A model generated the notes under the pieces. That model did no database searches and was not told where the DNA came from. It was given only the letters and a program-made list of their open reading frames with translations. DNA of 64,000 bases from Euglena gracilis (taxonomy: Eukaryota), in assembly GCA_039621445.1 (NCBI GenBank), contig CP154954.1:39983572-40047571 (forward strand), given 5' to 3'. A program made the translations under genes and the position numbers. Positions 13,653 to 49,718 of the stretch are shown here, piece after piece (positions within the stretch are counted from its first letter, which is position 1; every line of letters starts with the position of its first letter).

Positions 13653-13776
13653 GGGTGGGATCCGGTGGCTGTTCTTGCCTGCTTGTGTGGAAAATTCATG
13701 AATAAGCCAAGCATGGGGCTCGGACTCCCACGACAGAGGAAGGGGGAGGAAGGGACCAAGAGGGCGAAACACAAGA

Positions 13777-13876
13777 AGATGGTGAGGTCCTGCTTTCCTT
13801 GCCGGCTGTTCTGTTCTGGTGTGTTTGTGCGTGCGCGGGGGGTGCTTCTTACTGCGCCTTTGTTGCCGGAGTTGGC
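13777..13876. repeat. DIRS right inverted terminal repeat
   Basis: AGATGGTGAGGTCCTGCTTTCC...GCCGGAGTTGGC is the reverse complement of 18296-18394, with a few differences near GCGCCTTTG. Confidence 0.93.
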
Positions 13877-15195
13877 GATGATGAGGCCTCCTCCGACACC
13901 TTGGCGAAGCTGAACCGTCGTGGCCCCGCCCCCCCCCCCCCCTCCCATGGTCGCTTGGTGGGGGGCCCCCCCCTCGATGGGGATGGTTGTCTCTTTTTTG
14001 TGTGTTTCTGGGTGGGTGGTTGGGGCTGCTTGGTCGGGGGTCCCCTTTCTGGTTGGGATGTCTTTCTTTTTCTGCTGATTTTTTGGGTGGGAGGGTTGGG
14101 CTCACCATCTTCTTGTGCTTCGCCCTCTTGGTCCCTTCCTCCCCCTTCCTCTGTCGTGGGAGTCCGAGACCATTCGGGCTCCGCACTGCGAGATGGTGAG
14201 GTACTGTGCACCCCTTTTTGGGCCATAATATTTTGAATTTTTGATACGACCCCAAGTCGCAAATAATGGGCTTGGAAGGCCCCAAAATTTTTCCACTGAC
14301 CCAGCTGCTGGACTTCTTCCACTTGCAAACCAGCATTTTTCCACCATAAGACCCCAGCCCCTCTGGTGCTGTGGGGTTTCCAATGGGTGGTGTCCACCCC
14401 CCCCTCTTGCAGAATTTCTTTGGTAAGGGAATTCACCCTTTCTGATGTCAAAGGTCTTTTACCATCCAAAGACCATAACAAATTATTTTTGTGTCCAACC
14501 ATGTGGGCTGTCCTTTCCACATATTCTTTCAATAAATGCCAGGGGCTGATGAGGGGGGTGTGTGGCAAATTCAAAATCTCCTCCCATCTTGGGAATTGCC
14601 ACCCTTTCCTTTGTACTAAAATGAAAATTTTTTCTCCCACGAAACTGATTTTTCGCTGTGTTCTGGCTAAATCAACCCCCCTGTGGAGGGCTAACAGCCT
14701 CCAACAGATGATGAGTCTGTTTCTGAGCTCTTTCACAGACAGGTCGGAGAGGGGTTTGGATTTCCTGATGATGTTTTCTAAGAAATCAGTGGGGTCCCAG
14801 AAATGGGCATACTTGCAGACATTGGAATTCCACTTCCTTTTCAATGGAGACAAAAGAGGGGAAAACCTCAATGACCCAAACCCTGGGAGTAATAACACTG
14901 CTGCATATGCATTTCGTGCAGTGTTGAGGCTGTGGGCAGCCAAATCAAGGATGGCCTCGGCCATCTTGTGGACTGTGCAGTCCTGCAGGGGCACCCCTTT
15001 GTGCAACAATTGGCCCACCAATGTCCTGAAGGCTGAATCATATCTCTTGACATTTCCCAGATTTTTTATGTAAGTGTCGATACTGGACATCGAAACTTCC
15101 TGGGATTGTAATATTTGCCTGACACAATCAAACAGGCCAATTTCCACCTTGGGGGGGGCATCTCCTCCCCCCAGCAGTTGGTGAATAGACCCCAT
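13849..15195 (-). CDS. DIRS tyrosine recombinase (integrase); ORF runs through the ICR into the right ITR
   Basis: LALHRGVDL (R), QRKG (K), PHSTRGAG (HxxR), LGQWK (W), AHYLR (Y): the R-K-HxxR-W-Y catalytic set. Confidence 0.93.
   Translation of the reverse strand: MGSIHQLLGGGDAPPKVEIGLFDCVRQILQSQEVSMSSIDTYIKNLGNVKRYDSAFRTLVGQLLHKGVPLQDCTVHKMAEAILDLAAHSLNTARNAYAAVLLLPGFGSLRFSPLLSPLKRKWNSNVCKYAHFWDPTDFLENIIRKSKPLSDLSVKELRNRLIICWRLLALHRGVDLARTQRKISFVGEKIFILVQRKGWQFPRWEEILNLPHTPLISPWHLLKEYVERTAHMVGHKNNLLWSLDGKRPLTSERVNSLTKEILQEGGVDTTHWKPHSTRGAGVLWWKNAGLQVEEVQQLGQWKNFGAFQAHYLRLGVVSKIQNIMAQKGVHSTSPSRSAEPEWSRTPTTEEGGGRDQEGEAQEDGEPNPPTQKISRKRKTSQPERGPPTKQPQPPTQKHTKKRQPSPSRGGPPTKRPWEGGGGAGPRRFSFAKVSEEASSSPTPATKAQ
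14101..14202. repeat. DIRS internal complementary region (ICR)
   Basis: 14101-14169 is the reverse complement of 13719-13786 (right end, 1 mismatch). 14168-14202 is the reverse complement of 18383-18417 (left end). Confidence 0.93.
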
Positions 15196-15530
15196 TGGGG
15201 GGGGGTACCAACAAAACTTTGCTGCCTGGCTTTCTGATTGCCATTAATTGGCGCCACCATGATGTTGAAGCCCAGTGGGGTACGATCAACAGACAAGTCA
15301 GGTCTGGGTTTACCATTAATCTCTGAACCCATTGGGGAATGATGCTCCAGGGGGGGTTTGCATAAACTGGGGGGAGGCCCCTCAAATCTGCCTTCAAGGC
15401 ATCCACCAGCCAAGCCCCGTTGTGGGGGTATCGACAAACAAACTTGGGGAATTTTTTGTTGCTGGGTGTGCAAAACATGTCCACCTCTGGGTGAATGTCC
15501 TGTCTGAAAAATTTCAGTATTTGGTCAAAG
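15066..15530 (-). CDS. DIRS DNA N6-adenine methyltransferase-like domain (pol frame, part 3, frameshift at G-run 15197-15205)
   Basis: EVDMFCTPSNKK...VDAL...VYANPPW...LIVPHWASTSWW, then GLFTNC...PPRWKLACLIVSG in the next frame. NPPW is the amino-MTase motif IV. A methyltransferase domain is known from DIRS1-group elements. Confidence 0.85.
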
Positions 15531-15965
15531 ATGTAGGTTTATTGTATAATCCCCTGGGTCCTTTTGCTCCCTGGTCAGGGAGTCTGCCAATTGCTCTTTT
15601 GTGGGAACCCAAACCACCTGCAAATTGATTTGCTTTTCTTGGCAATGATACAGCAGGGGTTTTAAAATGGAATTTAGGTAGGGCTTTTTGCCTCCCCATT
15701 TTGTTAGATAACTTACAGCCACTTGGCTGTCCACATGAAGCATTATGGTTTGTTTTGGTTTTGCCAGACTTTTTACTGTCTCCACTGCTGACATCAATTC
15801 TTTTTGGTTGATGTGAAGGATGTGCAGGTCCCTCCAAAAATCCTGCACTTTTTGGCCTGAGTTTTTGTCCAGCCCCCCCCACTGCCAGGTGCTGCTGTCT
15901 GAAAACAGATCCTGAGAGGCCTGGGATTGAAAGGCTCTGCCCACACCTGGCTGCAAAAACGCTTT
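15530..15965 (-). CDS. DIRS RNase H domain (pol frame, part 2, frameshifted)
   Basis: C-terminal part of ORF 15525..17849: LFSDSSTWQWG, HINQKELMSA, HVDSQVAVSYL, WVPTKEQLADSLTR (D-E-D-D catalytic pattern). Confidence 0.9.
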
Positions 15966-18064
15966 TTTAACTCCACAATTTGATCTTTGACCCCCTGGGG
16001 AATGGTTAGGGTGTGGTCCCAACCCCACTTTGTGTGCAAATCCACCATTTTGCAAAGTTGATCTGTCAGAATTCTGAGAAATGGCATGGAGACTAAATAG
16101 CTTCTGACCTGCCCCACAATAGAGCTGAGTTTTCTGCAGCTCATTTTTTGTGCTGTGAGCACTTTTCCCAGCTCCTTTCTTAAGGATTTTAGTTTTTTCT
16201 GTGGGATTTCCAGCTGGCCCTTTTTCAAATTGACCCACTGGCCCAAATGTTTTATCTCCTGTGTGGGTTCCAGACAGGATTTGGGGAGGTTTAATCTGAA
16301 ACCTGCCAATAAAAGGTCCTGCTTTATTTCTGCCAAATGTTGGGCTGCAGTCTTTTTGCTGGGGGCTAACAGCAAAATGTCGTCTAGGTAGATGAAAACT
16401 ACCTTTCCCTCCTTTCTCCACTTCCTTTCCCAGACTCTCATGAGAGTCATAAACTTTTGTGGCAGGCTGCTGATGCCAAAACATGCAGCTTGAAACTGCC
16501 AAGTTTCCCCCCCCACTTGCATGCAGACATGTTTTTCCAGGCTGCTGTGCAGTTTTAGGTGAAAATAAGCATCTTTCAGATCTATTTTTCCACAGAACCA
16601 TCCTTTTCTTAGGTATGGGAAAATGTTTCCCATGTGTTCCAGTCTGAACTTCTGGGGGGTGAAGTGGAGATTTAACTGTCGACAATCTGAGATTAATCTT
16701 TCTTTTGTCTTTTCCCCCTCTTTTTTGGAAAGGATGAAATAAGGGACAAAATGTTTTGCCTCCTCTGGGTGGATTTGCCTGGTTGCCCCTGCACATTCGT
16801 ATTCCCTCAGAATTTTTTGGGCAGTCATTATTTCTTGGGGTGTCTTGAAGGGAACTTTTAATGACATCTGAGGGGGGAGGGGGAGATCTGCCATAACCCC
16901 TTCCCTTATCAGGTTTAATACCTCTCTGCTGGCTCCTGCCTTGACCCAATGGGGGATACTGGCCTGCAGGGCCTTGTAGGGGGGCACCCCTGGGTGTAAT
17001 GTATCTGGGGATTCCACAGGCCCCATCACAGGGGTCCTTCCCCTGGGCTGCCCCATCACTGGGGGCCCCTCTGGGTGCCCCATCACTGGGGCTGCAGCTG
17101 GCCCTGCCATAGGGCTTTTCAAAGACAGGCTTTCCCCCTGTTTTGGAATGATGGGGGAAGGTCTGTGGTGGGGTGGTACATATAATGCTGGGCTGATTAT
17201 CTTCTGGGGGGGGCCTGCCTGAGCCAATCTTGGGCCTCCCCCCCAAGGGCTGATGTGGTCTTGATGGTTTTGGCCACCACTTGCCTTCAGGGCCCTTTGG
17301 CCTCCAGAGGCACTCAGGCCTGCTTGGCCCCCATTGGCCTTTTCTCCAGGACTTCTCTGTCCATTTGCCTCCATCTGGCTGCCAGTGGCACACAGGCCTG
17401 CTTGGCCTCCATTGGCCTTCTTTCCAGGACTTTCTCTTCTCTGTCCTTCTGGGTTCCCAGTATAGGCCACCATGGCCTGTATTTGGCATTGGCTTGCTGC
17501 TCCTGGGAGGTTTGTGTCTGAAATTGCTGGGGGGAAAGTTGGACATACCTTTCCCCAATGGGATCTCTCCAGGCTGGGGTACTGGCTGCCATAGCCTTGC
17601 CCCTGGGCCCACTGCCCTCTTGAATAATGGCTGCCATAGCCTTGATTCTGGGCCCCAGGCCCTGTTGAATGATGGCTGCCATAGCCTTGATTTTGATTTG
17701 ATTCCTTTGGATTTCTGATCTCCCTTGAGAGGCTGCCATAGCCTTTGCTTCCTCCCCTGGAAGGGGAGGAACTGAGAAAAAGGGGTGGAGTCTGTTGGAC
17801 CTGTGATGGTAGTCTCCCTGTGTCTCTCTTCCTGACCACAGTTGTCCATGGTCCATGGCCATCATTTTGAATGGGGGAGTTTGAAATCTTTGATTTGCTG
17901 GGGGGTGGGGGGGTTGCGATGGCCACGGACTGACGTGCTGCTGCCGCCTCATCTCCTTCTGCAGCTGCTGCTGTGACTTCACCTTCCCCAGCTTCAGTTG
18001 ACTTCTTGGAAGTTCTTTGCAGTTCTTCTTGAAATTCAGAGTTTCTTTGAAATTCATTCTTCAT
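15960..18064 (-). CDS. DIRS gag-like N-terminal region plus reverse transcriptase (pol frame, part 1)
   Basis: ORF 15794..18064 contains RLISDCRQLN, KIDLKDAYFH, FGISSLPQKF, IYLDDILL and IKHLG. It shifts frame near the A/T run at about 15965. The gag start is uncertain. Confidence 0.93.
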
Positions 18065-18295
18065 GGAAGTCCTTTGTTGATTTTTTTGTTTATGTTCTTT
18101 GAATTTCTTGTTCCAGTTGAACTTGAGGCGTTGAATACTTCCTTTAGGAAGTTGAAGTTCCGAAGAAAGTTTGGTCCACCAGTTGGTTAAAAGTATTGGT
18201 TCTCGGGAAGGTAGTACTCCTCGAAAAGCAATTCCACTTGAACTCGTGGTAGTAAAACTCTTTCTCCTTGAGGTCGAAGGGCAGAATTAGGATCA

Positions 18296-18394
18296 GCCAA
18301 CTCCGGCAACAAAAAGCAGTAAGAAGCACCCCCCGCGCACGCACAAACACACCAGAACAGAACAGCCGGCAAGGAAAGCAGGACCTCACCATCT
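18296..18394. repeat. DIRS left inverted terminal repeat
   Basis: GCCAACTCCGGCAACAAA...GGACCTCACCATCT is the near-perfect reverse complement of 13777-13876. Confidence 0.93.
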
Positions 18395-20179
18395 CGCAGT
18401 GCGGAGCCCGAATGGTCCTCCTATCCCTCTCCACCGGAGGGGCAGGGTTGGGTAGGTCCCTTTTTTTCTTCCCATGGGTAGGAAATAATGATTTTCCTTG
18501 TCTCCCATAAAAAAAAAGACTGTTGAAGGTTTGGAAAAGAACGTGCAGGAATTGGAACTGAGAATGTTGGGTTCTGAAAACAGTGGGTTGAAAACCCTGA
18601 TCCTTTAATAGTTTGCAGGTTTTATGATATCCGCATGTTTTTCAAACCCGAAGGCACTAATCCGGCTGCCACACTGGAATGCCCATCCACACATGAGGGC
18701 CATCTGACTGTTTCAAATGGGCCCAGGTCAGCAGGTGCAGGGGTACCCTCATTTCGGTTTTTGAAGACACAAACTCCTTCATCAGTCACCAAATCGTAGT
18801 GATAGTAGGCTGTAAAAAAGCCTCCACCCCCTCCAAATAGTTCTCTGAATCAGTGCCTAAACACTCCAAAGCTGAGACGGCATTGAAAACACGTTTTGCG
18901 CAGGCACGGAGCAAAGACCCGGGTCAAATCCTCTAAAGCGTTCGCGTCGCCGTCCGTTTTCAAAAACAGAGTCCAAACCCTGCTTGGGGTGAGTTGCGCC
19001 GGCAAATCGGTGGCCTCAGCGCATCGACGGCAGGGCGGCCACACAAACCGACACACAACAGAGAACGCAAAAGACTTTTCCACCAAACCTCCACGCAACG
19101 TTTTGTTGTGCGTTGCGGTGCACGACGGGCCGGATCCGATCCGCACCGCCGTTCGGAAAAAAAATAAATCCCCCGGTGATTCAGGACTGTCCACCGGTTC
19201 GCGGTTTGGGCCGCCCGAGCACGACGGGCGCGGGGCCCCCTGGGTAGGGAACCGGCGCCGGGGGCGCGGCTGTCGCTGCCGGGGGCGGAGGTCGGCCGGG
19301 CGGGCCCCGGCCGGCGCCCGACCTCCGCCGTCCGCCCGACACCGGCGCCGGCCCGCCGCGGCGGCCCGGGGGGGAAGGGAAGGGGAGGGGCGGTGGCCGC
19401 CGTTGCGGTCAGAGCCGGGGGAGGGGGGGGGGTGGGTGGGTCATTGCCAGAGAAGCCAGGAAGGGAAATATGGTGGTGGGGGGGGGACAAACGATGACAA
19501 ACAGAAATAAACCGAAAAAATCGCCATGTGTCAAAACAAATACACAACCGACAAAAGATGGAGGAAATGCAAGAGAGTGAAATGATCCAAAAAGTCACTG
19601 AGGGAGGCAAATGTGGTAAAGTTATATCATACTCCCACTCAGAAAGAAAATGCAAACTTTAAAATTCACTGTGGTACACGATGCCAGGGGGGTTTCTGGC
19701 GGTTTGACGGCTCAAGATGCGGCAAGGGTTTTCTGGAACACCTCTGAGGGGTGAGGCCTTCTGGACAAGGATGAACAGGAAACAAACCCTAAAAAAAACA
19801 CTGAAGTTGGTCGTCTTCATTCCAAAAGTTTCATCCACTCCGCCCCAAGCTTGTCCAATAAGGGGGAACAGCGCAGGGGGGGGGGGGAGTTGTTGCATTT
19901 TTCACTGGAAGGCGGGAAATGGGAGCTGCCCCTCCCCACAGCAGACCTGGGAGGACGCATCGGTCCGCGGTCCCAAGCGCGGCGTCCCGTCCCGCGGTGT
20001 GCCGCTCGACTGGCGAAAGGAAGGCATGCGTGACGGCGACCAACGAACACGGGCTTGGGGTCTGCGTTGCCACATCAAAAATGTAGCTCCACCCGTCCCC
20101 CCTCCCGACAGAATCCAAACGGCGGTTGCGGGAAACAATCTGACCTTCAAAACCACACAAACGATCCTGCCTCCCCTCC

Positions 20180-43130
<22,951 letters not shown>

Positions 43131-43159
43131 TTGCAGGCGCTTTTTTCTTCAACGACCTC

Positions 43160-43551
43160 CCACCCCTGGGGGGTCCAGCTCAGAGGCTGGAAATTATAGG
43201 CTGGCTGGAAAAAGGTTGCTGGTGGACCCCCCCCCCCCAGGTGTCTGGGCTGGAACTGAGCCCGACCTGGGGTCGAACCAGGTGCCAAAAAAATTGAAAT
43301 TGAAACTGCAAAAATGTCCAACTATACATAAAATCTTTTTTTTTTGACACTAAGTTTGCCCTGGCCAGCCCTTTTCCTACCCATTTTTGCCCATTTTTGG
43401 CCCATTTTTGTTCCTTTGAAAGCAAAAAAGCTGGAAAACGTCCAGCCGCCCGAAGGGTGGGTTGGAAATAAATGAAACATGTTGATGGGGGGAGGGGGGT
43501 ACCGCGCTGGAAAAGGCTGCTGGCTGGCTGGACCCCCGGGGGGAGGGTTAA
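43160..43551. mobile_element. MITE family with GGGGTCCAGC/GCTGGACCCC ends
   Basis: CTCAGAGGCTGGAAA...GGCTGGCTGGAAAA is shared with about 23055-23435 and 62395-62740; related motifs at 27965-28200. Some ends abut TTAA. Confidence 0.65.
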
Positions 43552-44090
43552 TGCTTCAGCTGCGCACTGGCGGCTTGCCGGGATTGAAATTTCCGGCCAG
43601 ATCCATGTCAGCCACGTCCGGAGCGCTCCCACTCGGCGCACAATCGGCCATGACGGCCCGAAACAGGAACCGGTGGTGAAATTTCAGTCAATCTCGGCCT
43701 TGTGTTCCATCAGCTGTGGTCCCCCGTTTTGGAGGCCCAACCCAGTCAGACCCCCACACCCACCCCACCCACCCCCACCCACCCACCCACCCACACCAAC
43801 CCACCCACCCACCCACCCACCCACCACCCACGCACCGACCCACCCACCCACCCACCCACCCACCCACCCACCCACACACACACACTGAGGGGGGGAGGGG
43901 GACTGCAAGCCACGGTGTGGTCCCGGACCTCCCTTGCCGGGGGGGCCGCCCTTGCCGGGGGCCCCCTTGCCCGGCCCGCCCTTGCCCAGCAGGGGCGCGG
44001 GGAGGCCGGGGCCGGGGCCGGGGCCATGGATTCACGTAGCGACACCCCTGGGGGGGATGTCGTGGATCTAAACACACACACACACACAGG

Positions 44091-44477
44091 TATACATACA
44101 TACATACATACATACATACATACATACATACATACATACATACATACATACATACATACATACATACATACATACATACATACATACATACATACATACA
44201 TACATACATACATACATACATGCATACATGCATACATACATGCATGCATGCATACATACATACATACATACATACATACATACATACATACATACATACA
44301 TACATACATACATGCATGCATACATACATACATACATACATACATACATACATACATACATACATACATACATACATACATACATACATACATGCATACA
44401 TACATACATACATACATACATACATACATACATACATACATACATACATACATACATACATACATACATACATACAT

Positions 44478-44508
<31 letters not shown>

Positions 44509-44779
44509 TACATACAGACAGACAACATACATACATACATACAGACAGACAGACATACATACATACATACAGACAGACAGACATACATACATACATACAC
44601 ACATACATACATACATACATACATACAGACGGACAGACAGACATACATACATACATACAGACAGACAGACATACATACATACACACATGCATACATACAT
44701 ACATACATACATACATACATACATACATACATACATACATACTTACATACATGCATACATACATACATACATACATACA

Positions 44780-44813
<34 letters not shown>

Positions 44814-45613
44814 CATGCATACATACATACATACATGCATACATACATACATACATACATGCATACATACATACATACATACATACATACATACATACAT
44901 ACATACATACATACATACATACATACATACATACATGCATGCATACATACATACATACATACATACATACATACATACATACATACATACATACATACAT
45001 ACATACATACATACATGCATACATACATACACACATACATACATACGTACATACATACATACATACATACATACATACATACATGCATGCATGCATGCAT
45101 ACATACATACATACATACATACATACATACATACATACATACATGCATACATACATACATACATGCATACATACATACATACATACATACATACATACAT
45201 ACATACATACATACATACATACATACATACATACATACATACATACATACATACATACATACATGCATACATACATACATACATACATACATACATACAT
45301 GCATACATGCATACATACATACATACATACATACATACAGACAGACAGACAGACAGACAGACATACATACATACAGACAGACAGACAACATACATACATA
45401 CAGACAGACAGACATACATACATACACACATACATACATACATACATACATACATACATACATACATACATACATACATACATACATACATACATACATA
45501 CATGCATACATACATACATACATACATACATACATACATACATGCATACATACATACATACATACATACATACATACATACATACATACATACATACATA
45601 CATACATACATTC

Positions 45614-45644
<31 letters not shown>

Positions 45645-47803
45645 CATGCATACGTACATACATACATACATACATACGTACATACATACATACATGCATG
45701 CATGCATACATACATACATACATACATGCATGCATGCATGCATGCATACATACATACACACATACATACATACATACATACATACATACATACATACATA
45801 CATACATACATACATACATACATACATGCATACATACATACATACATACATACATACATACATACATACATACATACATACATGCATACATACATACATA
45901 CATACATACATACATACATACATACATACATACATACATACATGCATACATACATACATACATACATACATACATACATACATACATACATACATGCATA
46001 CATACATACATACATGCATACATACATACATACATACATACATACGTACATACATACATACATGCATGCATGCATACATACATACATACATACATGCATG
46101 CATGCATGCATCATACATACATACATACATACATACATACATACATACATACATACATACATACATACATACATACATACATACATACATGCATACATAC
46201 ATACATACATACATACATACATACATACATACATACATACATACATACATGCATACATACAGACATACATACATACATACATACATACATACATACATAC
46301 ATACATGCATGCATACATACATACATACATACATACATACATACATACATACATACATACATACATACATACATACATACATACATACATACATACATAC
46401 ATACATGCATACATACATGCATACATACATACATACATGCATACATACATACATACAGACAGACAGACAGACATACATACATACATACAGACAGACATAC
46501 ATACATACATACATACATACATACATACATACATGCATACATACATACATACAGACAGACAGACATACATACATACATACAGACAGACAACATACATACA
46601 TACATACATACATACATACATACATACATGCATACATACAGACATACATACATACATACATACATACATACATACATACATACATACATACATGCATGCA
46701 TACATACATACATACATACATACATACATACATACATACATACATACATACATACATACATACATACATACATACATACATGCATGCATGCATACATACA
46801 TACATACATACATACATACATACATACATACATACACATACATACATACATACATACATACATACATACATACATACATACATACATACATACATACATG
46901 CATACATACATGCATACATACATACATACATGCATACATACATACATACAGACAGACAGACAGACATACATACATACATACAGACAGACAACATACATAC
47001 ATACATACATACATACATACATGCATACATACATACATACATACATACATACATACATACATACATACAGACATACATACATACATACATACATACGTAC
47101 ATACATACATACATACATACATACATTCAGGCATACATACATACATACATACATACATACATACATACATACATACATACATACATACATACATACATAC
47201 ATACATACATACATACATGCATACATACATACACACATACATACATACGTACATACATACATACATACATACATACATACATACATGCATGCATGCATGC
47301 ATACATACATACATACATACATACATACATACATACATACATACATACATGCATACATACATACATACATGCATACATACATACATACATACATACATAC
47401 ATACATACATACATACATACATACATACATACATACATACATACATACATACATACATACATGCATACATACATACATACATACATACATACATACATGC
47501 ATACATGCATACATACATACATACATACATACATACAGACAGACAGACAGACAGACATACATACATACAGACAGACAGACAACATACATACATACAGACA
47601 GACAGACATACATACATACACACATACATACATACATACATACATACATACATACATACATACATACATACATACATACATACATACATACATACATACA
47701 TGCATACATACATACATACATACATACATACATACATACATGCATACATACATACATACATACATACATACATACATACATACATACATACATACATACA
47801 TTC

Positions 47804-47834
<31 letters not shown>

Positions 47835-49500
47835 CATGCATACGTACATACATACATACATACATACGTACATACATACATACATGCATGCATGCATACA
47901 TACATACATACATACATGCATGCATGCATGCATGCATACATACATACACACATACATACATACATACATACATACATACATACATACATACATACATACA
48001 TACATACATACATACATACATACATACATACATACATACATACATACATACATACATACATACATACATGCATACATACATACATACATACATACATACA
48101 TACATACATACATACATACATACATACATACATACATACATACATACATACATACATACATACATACATACATACATGCATACATACATACATACATGCA
48201 TACATACATACATACATACATACATACGTACATACATACATACATGCATGCATGCATACATACATACATACATACATGCATGCATGCATGCATGCATACA
48301 TACATACATACATACATACATACATACATACATACATACATACATACATACATACATACATACATACATACATACATACATACATACATGCATACATACA
48401 TACATACATACATACATACATACATACATACATACATACATACATACATACATACATGCATACATACAGACATACATACATACATACATACATACATACA
48501 TACATACATACATGCATGCATACATACATACATACATACATACATACATACATACATACATACATACATACATACATACATACATACATACATACATACA
48601 TACATACATACATACATACATGCATACATACATGCATACATACATACATACATGCATACATACATACATACAGACAGACAGACAGACATACATACATACA
48701 TACAGACAGACAACATACATACATACATACATACATACATACATACATGCATACATACATACATACAGACAGACAGACATACATACATACATACAGACAG
48801 ACAACATACATACATACATACATACATACATACATACATACATGCATACATACAGACATACATACATACATACATACATACATACATACATACATACATA
48901 CATACATACATGCATGCATACATACATACATACATACATACATACATACATACATACATACATACATACATACATACATACATACATACATACATACATA
49001 CATACATACATGCATGCATGCATACATACATACATACATACATACATACATACATACATACATACATACATACATACATACATACATACATACATACATA
49101 CATACATACATACATACATACATACATACATACATACATACATACATGCATACATACATGCATACATACATACATACATGCATACATACATACATACAGA
49201 CAGACAGACAGACATACATACATACATACAGACAGACAACATACATACATACATACATACATACATACATGCATACATACATACATACATACATACATAC
49301 ATACATACATACATACATACAGACATACATACATACATACATACATACGTACATACATACATACATACATACATACATTCAGGCATACATACATACATAC
49401 ATACATACATACATACATACATACATACATACATACATACATACATACATACATACATACATACATACATACATACATACATACAGACAGACAGACATAC
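44091..49500. repeat. 5.4-kb (TACA)n microsatellite with TGCA/GACA variants
   Basis: Direct reading. Confidence 0.98.
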
Positions 49501-49687
49501 ATATATATGGAAATATGTGTCCACGACAAATTGGGGTTTCATTCGAATGACTTTCAAGGGGGTCACGCCGGGGGAAGTGGATGCATGGCCAGGGCCGGGG
49601 CCCGAGGCAGGGGAGCCGGGGGGCAGCCCAGGGGGACCGAAAGGCGGGCCGCGGGGCCCGGGCAAGGGCAGGGCCCCGCCTTTGGCG

Positions 49688-49718
<31 letters not shown>

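Larger units (their letters stand above)
13719..18417 (-). mobile_element. Full-length DIRS1-type tyrosine-recombinase retrotransposon (about 4.7 kb)
   Basis: Inverted terminal repeats at 18296-18394 and 13777-13876. The ICR at 14101-14202 is complementary to both element ends joined at GAGTCCGA-G-ACCATT, which defines the termini. Domain order is gag-like, RT, RNase H, MTase, with YR in an overlapping frame. No TSD seen, as expected for YR elements. Confidence 0.95.

Noticed and set aside
14366-15073. 235-aa + strand ORF antisense to the recombinase
   Set aside because: No motifs; best explained as a shadow ORF of the YR gene.
15955-15972. Programmed ribosomal frameshift at the A-run between RT and RNase H
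   Set aside because: The overlapping YR frame shifts at the same point, and the paralog ORF 9523..10185 reads through from RT into HSDSS in one frame, so an indel or sequencing error is more likely.
18500-19194. Possible degenerate ORF flanking the DIRS left end
   Set aside because: Several stops and no motif I can recognise.
19636-19650. Match to the euglenid spliced leader (CTTTCTGAGTG on the minus strand)
   Set aside because: Only 11 nt match, and the following sequence does not continue the leader or give a GT donor.
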